Shown here: positions 10,044 to 17,758 of the stretch, piece by piece | How the letters are laid out: each line of letters starts with the position of its first letter | How positions within the stretch are numbered: the stretch's first letter is position 1 | Origin: a virus | Taxonomy: Duplodnaviria; Heunggongvirae; Uroviricota; Caudoviricetes | Reading direction: 5' to 3' (one strand) | IMG/VR virus record: IMGVR_UViG_2563367003_000006 | Length of the DNA stretch: 25,778 bases | Translations under genes and position numbers: made by a program | Notes under the pieces: generated by a model | Databases searched by the model: none | The model's input: the letters and a program-made list of their open reading frames with translations, nothing else | Told to the model about the DNA's origin: nothing

Positions 10044-11132
10044 TTACGCCAGTACGCCAATTGCCAGCGCGCGATCGATAAAACGAAATATCAGCTCCAG
10101 TTGGGAGCCATACTTATCTTCAAATGCCACTGTATCCGTATGCAGCTCGTTGTGATGCTTTCTGCACAAAGGCAACACAAAGAGATCATGTGCTTTTGTT
10201 CCCATTCCGCCCTGCCCGTGACCAATCAGATGATGCGGATCGTCGGCTGGCATACCGCAGCAAGCACACGGCTGTGTCTTAACCCAACGTGTGTATTTCT
10301 CCTTAACCCAGCGGCGACGTTTAGGCAGCTTCATGAAAGATTCCGGAGACTCTGGATCAACGGTGATGCTTACCACCGTCTTTTCCTGTGGTGATTTTTG
10401 TTGCTGGTGGGCGTAAGGCAACGGTGCAAGATTTTTTGTGCGTTGTTTCAATATGCTGGTGGCGGTCTGCTCTCCCGGTACGATGTCGCTTTCGCGGTAC
10501 ACCGAGCAGATTTTTTCCGCTGGTAATCCCAGCGAACGACGCGATACAGCCTCAGGTAGTGCATCCACCACCTGATTGCAGACCGCCCACCAGGATAATT
10601 CAGCCAAAGATAATTCCCGCTCCTGCGTACCGCTTATTGCGTGACGGATGACGTCAATCACCCATGCTGTCAGATTTTGTTGAGCAAGCAGCTCCAGTGA
10701 TTCCGATGTCTGGTCACGCAGTTGGTTGTCGCAGTGCCAGCACAACACCATTGCGCCGGTACCATAACGGTGAATGACTGTTTCAGTGTGATGGTAATCG
10801 CCATTAGGCCACTGGCAGGATGTAACATGACGTAATAGCCAGTCGGACAATGCGCCAACGCCGCCAGCAGCACGAATCACCCGTTCGTTACTAAAAAACG
10901 GCAGCAATGTTTTGTCCTCCGCCAGCGGCTGGCGAACGGCAGGAACGACTCCGGATGGCAGATTACGCATGCTTTTTGGTTCCGGTTCCACCAGCACTCG
11001 AGGATTATGAAATATCTGTATGGATTCACGGCCCGGCTTAAGGACCACCAGCCCAAGCTCAGGCACCAGAACAGGTCTAAGTAATACCCGCACGTTACCT
11101 CCAGATCCGTTGCTGGAAAGTGCGGGACGCAC
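10044..11132 (-). CDS. DUF968-type protein with C-terminal HNH-like zinc-finger nuclease motif (YdfU-like)
   Basis: 362-aa ORF; C-terminus PCACCGMPADDPHHLIGHGQGGMGTKAHDLFVLPLCRKHHNELH has paired Cys and His-His/His-Asn, HNH-like. Start codon uncertain. Confidence 0.7.
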   Translation of the reverse strand: MRPALSSNGSGGNVRVLLRPVLVPELGLVVLKPGRESIQIFHNPRVLVEPEPKSMRNLPSGVVPAVRQPLAEDKTLLPFFSNERVIRAAGGVGALSDWLLRHVTSCQWPNGDYHHTETVIHRYGTGAMVLCWHCDNQLRDQTSESLELLAQQNLTAWVIDVIRHAISGTQERELSLAELSWWAVCNQVVDALPEAVSRRSLGLPAEKICSVYRESDIVPGEQTATSILKQRTKNLAPLPYAHQQQKSPQEKTVVSITVDPESPESFMKLPKRRRWVKEKYTRWVKTQPCACCGMPADDPHHLIGHGQGGMGTKAHDLFVLPLCRKHHNELHTDTVAFEDKYGSQLELIFRFIDRALAIGVLA

Positions 11133-11373
11133 GTGGTGGGCGTTCGGAATAAGGCAGCCTGACAGAGATTATCCAGTGCCGATAGTCGAGACTGAGAGCT
11201 TTCTTAACCTCGAACCCGCGCCTGCGGTAAGAATGAATCAGCCATTCGGCCTGTTCTGCAGTGCATGGAGGGTGCTGGAACCATTCAGACTTGAATGCGT
11301 GAGAATACCTCCCGTGCGTGCAGGCAAGAACGGGCGAATTATCAGAATTGTAATATTTTGCGTTGCGTGCCAT
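11095..11373 (-). CDS. Hypothetical protein, 92 aa
   Basis: ORF only; overlaps the next ORF's 5' end by 38 nt in another frame. Confidence 0.4.
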   Translation of the reverse strand: MARNAKYYNSDNSPVLACTHGRYSHAFKSEWFQHPPCTAEQAEWLIHSYRRRGFEVKKALSLDYRHWIISVRLPYSERPPRASRTFQQRIWR

Positions 11374-11439
11374 CGGTTTTCTCCGGTGGCACGGTGTTAC
11401 TCAGCGGGAGTTCAGCCCCGCGCAAGATTGTAGATGAGT

Positions 11440-11691
11440 TTATTCTCCTGAAAAAGCAGAAAAGCCAGCTTTTATTCCGATCTCTTTCAATGCCTGTAAT
11501 GAAGTGACAAACTCACCTTCGCGCAAGATAAATCCGTCCGTGACCCGAGCATCCACAAAATTAATTAACGCAGCCCCATTCTTTCGCAAACACATAATGC
11601 GGTAATGACTAACAAGATTTCCATTTTCAACGCACACAGCATAGAGGCCATCTTCACAAAAAATTTTACGCAGTTCTTCGATGTTCATCAT
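11440..11691 (-). CDS. rem: Rem-like small protein
   Basis: 83-aa ORF MMNIEELRKIFCEDGLYAVCVENGNL...; length and position between the DUF968 gene and hokD match Qin rem as I recall it. Confidence 0.6.
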   Translation of the reverse strand: MMNIEELRKIFCEDGLYAVCVENGNLVSHYRIMCLRKNGAALINFVDARVTDGFILREGEFVTSLQALKEIGIKAGFSAFSGE

Positions 11692-11807
11692 CAGAATCCT
11701 TCCGGATAATTAGCTCTCCCCTTTAAGGGACCATCCCTCTTATCCCTGCGCGCTACTTAAGTATTTTTGATTCTATTCCGGCACCGTCCAGAACTTCAAA
11801 CGCGTTG

Positions 11808-11839
11808 AAAATAAAAACAAAAACCCGCCGAAGCGGGTT
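11808..11839 (-). terminator. Intrinsic terminator downstream of the relBE-hokD operon
   Basis: Minus-strand reading aacccgcttcggcgggtt followed by tttgtttttatttt. Confidence 0.55.
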
Positions 11840-11907
11840 AAGTGCGGGTGCGTTGAGGATGCCTGCCACATCAGAGGTGGCGAGGGATTTCTCCCCCGCC
11901 GGGTCTC

Positions 11908-12063
11908 TTACTCCTCAGGTTCGTAAGCTGTGAAGACAGCGACCTCCGTCTGGCCGGTTCGGATTCGTACCTCGCAGAGGTCTTTCCTCGTTACCAGTGC
12001 CGTCACTATGACGGTTAAACAGATGACGATCAGGGCGATTAACATCGCCTTTTGCTGCTTCAT
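11908..12063 (-). CDS. hokD: Hok-family membrane toxin (HokD/RelF)
   Basis: Found by hand, 51 aa: MKQQKAMLIALIVICLTVIVTALVTRKDLCEVRIRTGQTEVAVFTAYEPEE; single transmembrane helix plus the conserved Hok C-terminus. Confidence 0.8.
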   Translation of the reverse strand: MKQQKAMLIALIVICLTVIVTALVTRKDLCEVRIRTGQTEVAVFTAYEPEE

Positions 12064-12134
12064 AGCCTGCTTCTCCTGTCAACGCAAAGCAGAAGTGTCA
12101 CCTTCGGTGCGAAACAGAGATGTCATGCTTTGGT

Positions 12135-12422
12135 TCAGAGAATGCGTTTGACCGCCTCGCTATATACTTCCGAGCGTTCTCTTTTCCCAACAGAAATCAC
12201 GAAAACGACAACTTTCTCGTCTATAACCTGGTATACAAGGCGATAGCCTGAAGACCGGAGCTTAATCTTGTAACAATCAGGCATACCACGGAGCTTGTTT
12301 GCTTCAATCCGGGGTGACTCAAGTACTTCAACCAGCTTCTTTTTCAACTGTTCACGTACCGTCGAGCCCAGCTTTCGCCATTCCTTTAGTGCCCGCTCGT
12401 CAAAATCCAGAAAATACGCCAT
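12135..12422 (-). CDS. relE: RelE mRNA-interferase toxin
   Basis: 95 aa, MAYFLDFDERALKEWRKLGSTVREQLKKKL...; start overlaps the relB stop (TGATG). Confidence 0.85.
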   Translation of the reverse strand: MAYFLDFDERALKEWRKLGSTVREQLKKKLVEVLESPRIEANKLRGMPDCYKIKLRSSGYRLVYQVIDEKVVVFVISVGKRERSEVYSEAVKRIL

Positions 12423-12661
12423 CAGAGTTCATCCAGCGTCACACGTACTGGCTTAGGATTACGAAGCCGTTCTTTCACTATCTCCACAAGTTCAGCATCT
12501 TCATCACTCAGGAGTGTCTGTTTGAACGGCAAGCGTTCATTGTCAGCGATATACTCGAGCATGAGACGAAGCGCTTCAGAAGGAGTTACACCCATTTTTT
12601 CAAGCGCGGCGTAAGAACGCGCTTTAAGTTCATCGTCAATACGCAGGTTAATGCTACCCAT
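12422..12661 (-). CDS. relB: RelB antitoxin
   Basis: 79 aa, MGSINLRIDDELKARSYAALEKMGVTPSEALRLMLEY..., ribbon-helix-helix N-terminus. Confidence 0.85.
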   Translation of the reverse strand: MGSINLRIDDELKARSYAALEKMGVTPSEALRLMLEYIADNERLPFKQTLLSDEDAELVEIVKERLRNPKPVRVTLDEL

Positions 12662-12672
12662 GTCTTACACCT

Positions 12673-12698
12673 CTTGTAATTACAAATGTCATTACAAG
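12673..12698 (-). promoter_or_regulatory. relBE operator/promoter inverted repeat
   Basis: cttgtaattacaaatgtcattacaag just upstream of relB, an inverted repeat built from TTGTAAT-type hexads. Confidence 0.6.
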
Positions 12699-12991
12699 TA
12701 TCGCACTACAACATGCTTAGGGCAAGTCACGAAGGAAGTCAGAAAGTAGTCGTAAGAACGGTGATCACTGTCCGCTTTGTGCCAGGAGCAGCCATTGCTA
12801 AGTCCATCCTGTATTGTGCAGGTCAGCTCGTTTTTAAAGAGTCCGGCCATCATCTTACTGGTACAGACACCATATACTTTGTGACGGTCAGGCTACATAT
12901 GCACAACTCAACTTATTCATCTATTTTTTGCTTTAGCATGTCAGTGTTGCTTTCTCGTCGGCGGGTGAGCGGTGACCTGACCTGTCGATAA
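12686..12991 (+). CDS. Hypothetical ORF (position of ydfV in Qin); may not be translated
   Basis: 101-aa ORF starting inside the relBE operator; composition is not convincing. Confidence 0.3.
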   Translation: MSLQVSHYNMLRASHEGSQKVVVRTVITVRFVPGAAIAKSILYCAGQLVFKESGHHLTGTDTIYFVTVRLHMHNSTYSSIFCFSMSVLLSRRRVSGDLTCR

Positions 12992-13143
12992 AGGAACGTA
13001 ACACGTTTTATGCAACACCCGCATGCGGCAGAAAATTATTGCCGAACGTTTACCCCTGTCAACAAGCTTTACTTTCTGAGGCGCGCCAGCCCGCGAGGAA
13101 AACAATCTGAACATCAAACAATTAATGACACAAGAAATACGAT

Positions 13144-13170
13144 TAAAGATTTTTTTGTGCATGCCGATAG
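13144..13170 (+). promoter_or_regulatory. Sigma-28 (FliA) class-3 flagellar promoter for flxA
   Basis: TAAAGATT, 15 nt, GCCGATAG, fitting the TAAA-N15-GCCGATAA consensus; aaaggag ribosome-binding site follows. Confidence 0.6.
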
Positions 13171-13193
13171 TGCTTTTTTAAAAGGAGAAATCT

Positions 13194-13526
13194 ATGTCTG
13201 TCACAATTCAGGGAAATACCTCAACCGTTATTTCAAACAACTCCGCCCCGGAAGGAACATCAGAAATAGCCAAAATCACAAGACAAATTCAGGTGCTGAC
13301 TGAAAAGCTTGGGAAAATCTCATCGGAAGAGGGGATGACGACACAGCAGAAAAAAGAAATGGCTGCATTGGTACAGAAGCAAATTGAAAGCCTCTGGGCT
13401 CAACTGGAGCAGTTGTTAAGGCAGCAGGCAGAGAAAAAGAATGAAGACGCGACAGTTCAGCCTGATAAAAAAGAAGAGAAAAAAGACGATACAAATACCG
13501 CTGGCACCATTGATATTTACGTCTAA
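13194..13526 (+). CDS. flxA: FlxA-like protein
   Basis: 110-aa ORF with the sigma-28 promoter upstream and a terminator downstream; Qin position. Confidence 0.75.
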   Translation: MSVTIQGNTSTVISNNSAPEGTSEIAKITRQIQVLTEKLGKISSEEGMTTQQKKEMAALVQKQIESLWAQLEQLLRQQAEKKNEDATVQPDKKEEKKDDTNTAGTIDIYV

Positions 13527-13540
13527 GTGACAGCCGTATT

Positions 13541-13563
13541 GTGGCCCTCATCGGGCCACTTTT
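13541..13563 (+). terminator. Intrinsic terminator after flxA
   Basis: gtggccc tcatc gggccac followed by tttt. Confidence 0.55.
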
Positions 13564-13962
13564 CGCCATCAGCCTTTTCTTTAAAGACATATTATCTTTG
13601 TATCATTTCTGATAGTTAACATTACAAGATATAAGTAATGGACGCACTCCCAATTAGTCTATTTAAATCGCCACGAGTTTAACTGACAACCCATGATCAA
13701 TTATGAATTGCAACTATTTCTGTAGTCACTTTTGTGGGGACAGTCCACAAAACTGCCAACTTCCGCTTCTTGCTCTTAGCGGACATTAGCATAGGCTATT
13801 TACCATAACGCCTCATTACGCGCACCGCCCAGACTGACTCAGCGCGTTTCTGGCATATCCCCGGTAAAACAAGTAACAAACCACCCGAAAATGAACACCA
13901 GAAACGCGACTTAAGAATCTACCCTATGAATGGATATGCACTCAACCGAATCGATCTTGGTT

Positions 13963-14958
13963 TCAATCTTTTTTATCGGGATCAGGCTTCTTTTTAGGTA
14001 ACTTCGGGGGCTTAACTTGCTGATGACTTTGCGTTCGGCGCGTAAGCCAGGGATGGTCAGCTTTAGGTTTAACATAGTATTTTGAGCGTAAATCAATACG
14101 GGCATTATCCACTCGTTCATGGACACTCTTTTCATCATCCAGTGGTATAGGCTCCGGGCCATCAACATACTTTTCCCAGCCCAGCGCTTTCCCGTCATAC
14201 AGAACGTTAATTTCACCGTCAAAGTTCTCGCATACAGTAACAACCGAATGCCTAAGTCGATATCCCCGGCCCTCACTGCGTACCTGAAACGCACTGCTTT
14301 TGTACTGGAAAGTGAGATTTTTAGACAGAACGCGCTTCGCCTGTAGGCTGAAGATATAACCCAGTTCCTCTTCAGAATGGTGCACATCAAGATGAGCATT
14401 ATCAGTAGTACGAGGCGACGTAGCGAACCGGTTGTTATAGGCTTCAATAAAGGTCGGCAACCATGCATTTGCTGTTTCAATATCACTGATATTCTGAAGC
14501 CGCATTTCTTTGACCAGCCTGTCCTGTAGTGTCTGATTGGCGCGCTCTACCCGCCCTTTTGCCTGCGGGCTGTTGGCATGGATTGGCTCGATGCCCAGTG
14601 TCTTTATCGCACGAGTGAACTGGGTCAGCTCACCTTCCCGCTCTGGGTTATTTACCCTGAATATACTGTGTCTATCAGAGTAGAGAGCGAGCGGTACGCC
14701 ATGATCATTAAGGTAACCCCGGAGGGTTTCCATGTAAGCCCGGGTTGTTTCAGCAGGCACAAAACGCAACGCCATCAACGCACTGGTGGCATCATCAATG
14801 AAAACGATCAGTGTACATCTGGGGCCTCGATTTTCAAACCAGTCATGAGGTGAGCCATCAATCTGGATCAGTTCACCGTAAGATGGTCGTCGCATGCGGC
14901 GTTGATATATACGGGCAATTTTACGACGGCGTTCACGCCATAACCCCTCTTCTATCAT
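13963..14958 (-). CDS. Transposase DDE (rve integrase-core) segment
   Basis: 331 aa starting at the ATG immediately after the TAG; DDE-like motifs LIQIDGSP, ALYSDRHSIF, AKGRVERANQ. Confidence 0.6.
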   Translation of the reverse strand: MIEEGLWRERRRKIARIYQRRMRRPSYGELIQIDGSPHDWFENRGPRCTLIVFIDDATSALMALRFVPAETTRAYMETLRGYLNDHGVPLALYSDRHSIFRVNNPEREGELTQFTRAIKTLGIEPIHANSPQAKGRVERANQTLQDRLVKEMRLQNISDIETANAWLPTFIEAYNNRFATSPRTTDNAHLDVHHSEEELGYIFSLQAKRVLSKNLTFQYKSSAFQVRSEGRGYRLRHSVVTVCENFDGEINVLYDGKALGWEKYVDGPEPIPLDDEKSVHERVDNARIDLRSKYYVKPKADHPWLTRRTQSHQQVKPPKLPKKKPDPDKKD

Positions 14959-15276
14959 CTACTTTCTGAGAGTTTCAACGGATAAAGATAAACCGTGTAT
15001 CTCGCGCAATTTTTCGCACGCAAACGTAGGTCCAAAATCAGCGTAACGGCCTTTGAGGAGTGAAATTACTGTTGCTCTGAATTCAGTAGAAAAGGAATTA
15101 TTAGGACGCTTTCCACGTCGGTGGGAAACCAGACCAGAAGGCCCTTCATTTCTATACCGTTGCACCAGACGTTTAACCTGCCGAATAGAAATGCCAATGC
15201 GTGCCGCAGCTTGTTCCTGAATAATCTGAAGTCGGTGGAGTTCCTTATGACTCATCGTAACAGTCTCTTTGATCAT
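14959..15276 (-). CDS. Transposase N-terminal helix-turn-helix segment, ends at an in-frame TAG
   Basis: 105 aa, ...ARIGISIRQVKRLVQRYRNEGPSGLVSHRRGKRP...; TAG at 14959-14961 is in the same frame as the next ORF. Confidence 0.6.
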   Translation of the reverse strand: MIKETVTMSHKELHRLQIIQEQAAARIGISIRQVKRLVQRYRNEGPSGLVSHRRGKRPNNSFSTEFRATVISLLKGRYADFGPTFACEKLREIHGLSLSVETLRK

Positions 15277-15610
15277 GAAAAATCCCCCAGAGAATTGTCT
15301 GGGGACATTTTAGAATGGTTCAAAGGGGACATTACAGCTTGGTGTTAACAATAGCCTGCTTCTCCGTGCCTTTCGGCACGTAAGAGGCTAACCTACATGT
15401 GTCTAGCATGAAATTGGCCTCAGATTAATGTTAAGCGTCTTGCAGGACGCGTAATGTTAACTGGGGCTTTTCTCTATCTGCCGTTGGTGTCCATGCCCGA
15501 GGCAGATAGCCTCAAGCACCCGCAGTCATTCTACTTAACTAAGATTTCCCCGCAAACCGTTTTTGTCCAGCACAGTAAATATCCAACTAAACCAATGGAG
15601 TTCGCTGTAT

Positions 15611-15790
15611 TTACCGCCAGTATTCAATGCACATGACCGCCATGAACACCCCTAAAAAAAGGGCATTTATATATCCAAATATTAATATCAAAACATCAAC
15701 TTTTTCCATATACCTTGCTGTGAAGATGATGGGCATACATGATGCGAACAACCAGAACGCAACAAACAAAAACTGCAATGCGTTTTTCAT
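15611..15790 (-). CDS. Small hydrophobic membrane protein, 59 aa, two predicted transmembrane helices
   Basis: ATG at 15790 preceded by a strong ribosome-binding site (taggaggaata); MKNALQFLFVAFWLFASCMPIIFTARYMEKVDVLILIFGYINALFLGVFMAVMCIEYWR. Confidence 0.5.
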   Translation of the reverse strand: MKNALQFLFVAFWLFASCMPIIFTARYMEKVDVLILIFGYINALFLGVFMAVMCIEYWR

Positions 15791-16045
15791 TATTCCTCCT
15801 ACAATCAATGTGCAATTACATTTAAACACACCTCAATTTGGCCGGACATATAAATATCTAAACCAGAAAAAATCACTTACATAGCTTTACAAACTCTTTA
15901 GTCTAAAGGTTCATCGTAAAACATTCCCCATACTTATCAGTCCGTTCCGCGCCAGGTAGCTCATTGCCTTATCTGGCAACCTGTAATCAGGTTTCCGCTT
16001 TTTCAGTTGGCTGGTCGTTTAACCGACATAGTTAATCCATTAATC

Positions 16046-16332
16046 TAGTTGCCGGATGTTGGTGGATTTTCGCGTTTTAGTTGTTCATAAAAGTGCACAG
16101 CTTTAACCAGTTCTTCTGATGTAACTGGGGCTGGTGAGGCAGTGAATAAGGCCTGAATTTGATAGTTCGGCCTGTCGTTACAATCCTCTTTTTTCGGTAC
16201 ATATTTCCAGTCACCAGACCACTACTTCCCCTGAAAGTCCGTAACGCCTTTTTTCACGTAGCGATATCGCCATGCCACTGGTTTTGCTTGCCCCGCCGTT
16301 TCATGCCCTTCCTGATAATTAATCTCGCTCAT
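16046..16332 (-). pseudogene. About 96-codon reading frame interrupted by an in-frame TAG (hypothetical protein)
   Basis: ATG at 16332 gives MSEINYQEGHETAGQAKPVAWRYRYVKKGVTDFQGK, then TAG (16222-16224), then 60 more sense codons (WSGDWKYVPKKEDCNDRPNYQIQALFTASPAPVTSEELVKAVHFYEQLKRENPPTSGN) containing no ATG. Confidence 0.3.
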
Positions 16333-16942
16333 TCATCGCCCCACTCATCACAATATGCTTCGACCGGAGTTTTTCCCGCTTCATAGTCATCACGCTAGGA
16401 TTCGACATCAGCAGCACTTCCACCGCGTAACTCACCATAGTCCATTAATAGTTCATCCCGCTCTTCAAAACTGATGTTATATTTAGCTGAACAAAAATCA
16501 GCCACTTTGTTCTTCCTCATCGTCTTTTATTTCGTGGTATGAGTAATTGCAGTAGTTAAAGAAAATTTCTTATGCTCCGTCATGAATTTCCTCAGGTGTT
16601 GCGTCATCGTCCACTTCGAATACATCCTCAAAATCTCCACCAGCTATTCCCGTTTCAATAATAATTTTGAACTTTCGCATTTCACTACCGCCCTTTCGGG
16701 CGGCCTCCTGATGTTCTGAGGGTGCAGAAATCCATCCGGTTAAGGATTAAATTTTATTTACAGAACTGAATTTAATTATTCAGATATACGTATCTGTAGC
16801 CTTACGAATCTACTCACTGGATGCCTCTTTCATAAAAATAATCCAGTGGGTTTTATCGTTTTTTCCCTGTTCGTTGACAGATAACAGGTTTTCTGTCTGT
16901 CAGTGCCAGAATCTGGCTTACCGGTATTTGCGTTTCATTCCA

Positions 16943-17299
16943 TTAAAAAATCAGAACGCCGTGCGGCCTCAACACCCGAAAGGCTTCTTTAAATCTCTGT
17001 CGCGAATCATCACGCCAGGCATCTTTATTCAGCCGTCCATATTTCTTTCCCATCCAGGCGTTATCACCAACACTCTCAAGATGCGGAGGGTCTAATACAA
17101 CCATCGAAAAAGATGCGTCTGCAAATGATAATGCACGAAAATCTGCGATAATGTCAGGGCTGATAATCAAGCGTCTCCCATTGCGTAATGTGTATCCTTC
17201 TTTTCTGATATCGCTGAATATCGCCCGTTCGTCAGACTTATCGAACCAGAACATGCGGCTGCCACAGCACATATCAAGAATGGTTGCCGGTGCACTCAC
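16943..17299 (-). CDS. Short SAM-dependent methyltransferase core (DPPH motif)
   Basis: 118 aa; motif I-like ILDMCCGSRMF, acidic FSDIR, motif IV-like VVLDPPH, about 61 residues apart. No recognisable target-recognition region. Start overlaps the upstream gene's stop (ATGA). Confidence 0.6.
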   Translation of the reverse strand: MSAPATILDMCCGSRMFWFDKSDERAIFSDIRKEGYTLRNGRRLIISPDIIADFRALSFADASFSMVVLDPPHLESVGDNAWMGKKYGRLNKDAWRDDSRQRFKEAFRVLRPHGVLIF

Positions 17300-17718
17300 T
17301 GCGCCACGTCCTGAAAATTACCCTGATAGAAAGCCAGTATGCGCTGCATAACTTCGCTCTTCCGGCACTCGCGACAGATTATGTTTAGGCGACTGTCGTA
17401 GCGACGTATTTCTCCGTCAGGTGATGACCAGATAAGGTCCGGATCAACCACAGCAGGTTTCTTCACCTTTGCCCTCGAGAGTTTTTTGCGGGCGTTTTGC
17501 CAGTCCTTACGCGCCTGTTCAGAGGGGAATAACCCGTAGCCGGAGTTGTATACATCGCCACTGGCTACCAGCTCTCTGGCAAGAACGCTCATCAGATATC
17601 TAGTCGCACCTGTTTTAGCTTCCAGTTGCCGTAACGTCTCACGGCCGCTCTGGCGCACGAGTTCCACCACCTGCCATTTAATTTTTTCCCGCTCTTCTTG
17701 TGTAAAAACTTTTGCCAC
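17296..17718 (-). CDS. Hypothetical early protein, possible winged helix-turn-helix
   Basis: 140-aa ORF coupled to the methyltransferase gene; N-terminal ...TGATRYLMSVLARELVASG.... Confidence 0.5.
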   Translation of the reverse strand: MAKVFTQEEREKIKWQVVELVRQSGRETLRQLEAKTGATRYLMSVLARELVASGDVYNSGYGLFPSEQARKDWQNARKKLSRAKVKKPAVVDPDLIWSSPDGEIRRYDSRLNIICRECRKSEVMQRILAFYQGNFQDVAQ

Positions 17719-17758
17719 AAGTCCCCCTTAAAATTACCTCATGACCTGAAATCAACAC

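Larger units (their letters stand above)
13850..15335 (-). mobile_element. IS-like element carrying an rve-family transposase; boundaries approximate
   Basis: Transposase-like gene flanked by non-coding DNA; only weak imperfect terminal repeats found (ATATCCCC near 13855, GGGGACAT twice near 15301-15333). Element ends not established. Confidence 0.3.

Noticed and set aside
15975-16005. Hairpin aacctgtaatcaggtt followed by tccgcttttt on the plus strand
   Set aside because: Terminator-like, but no plus-strand gene lies upstream to terminate, so it was left unannotated.
16681-16706. GC-rich hairpin ccgccctttcgggcgg
   Set aside because: No T-tract follows on either strand, so not called as an intrinsic terminator; may simply be part of the upstream region of the mini-ORF at 16570-16680.
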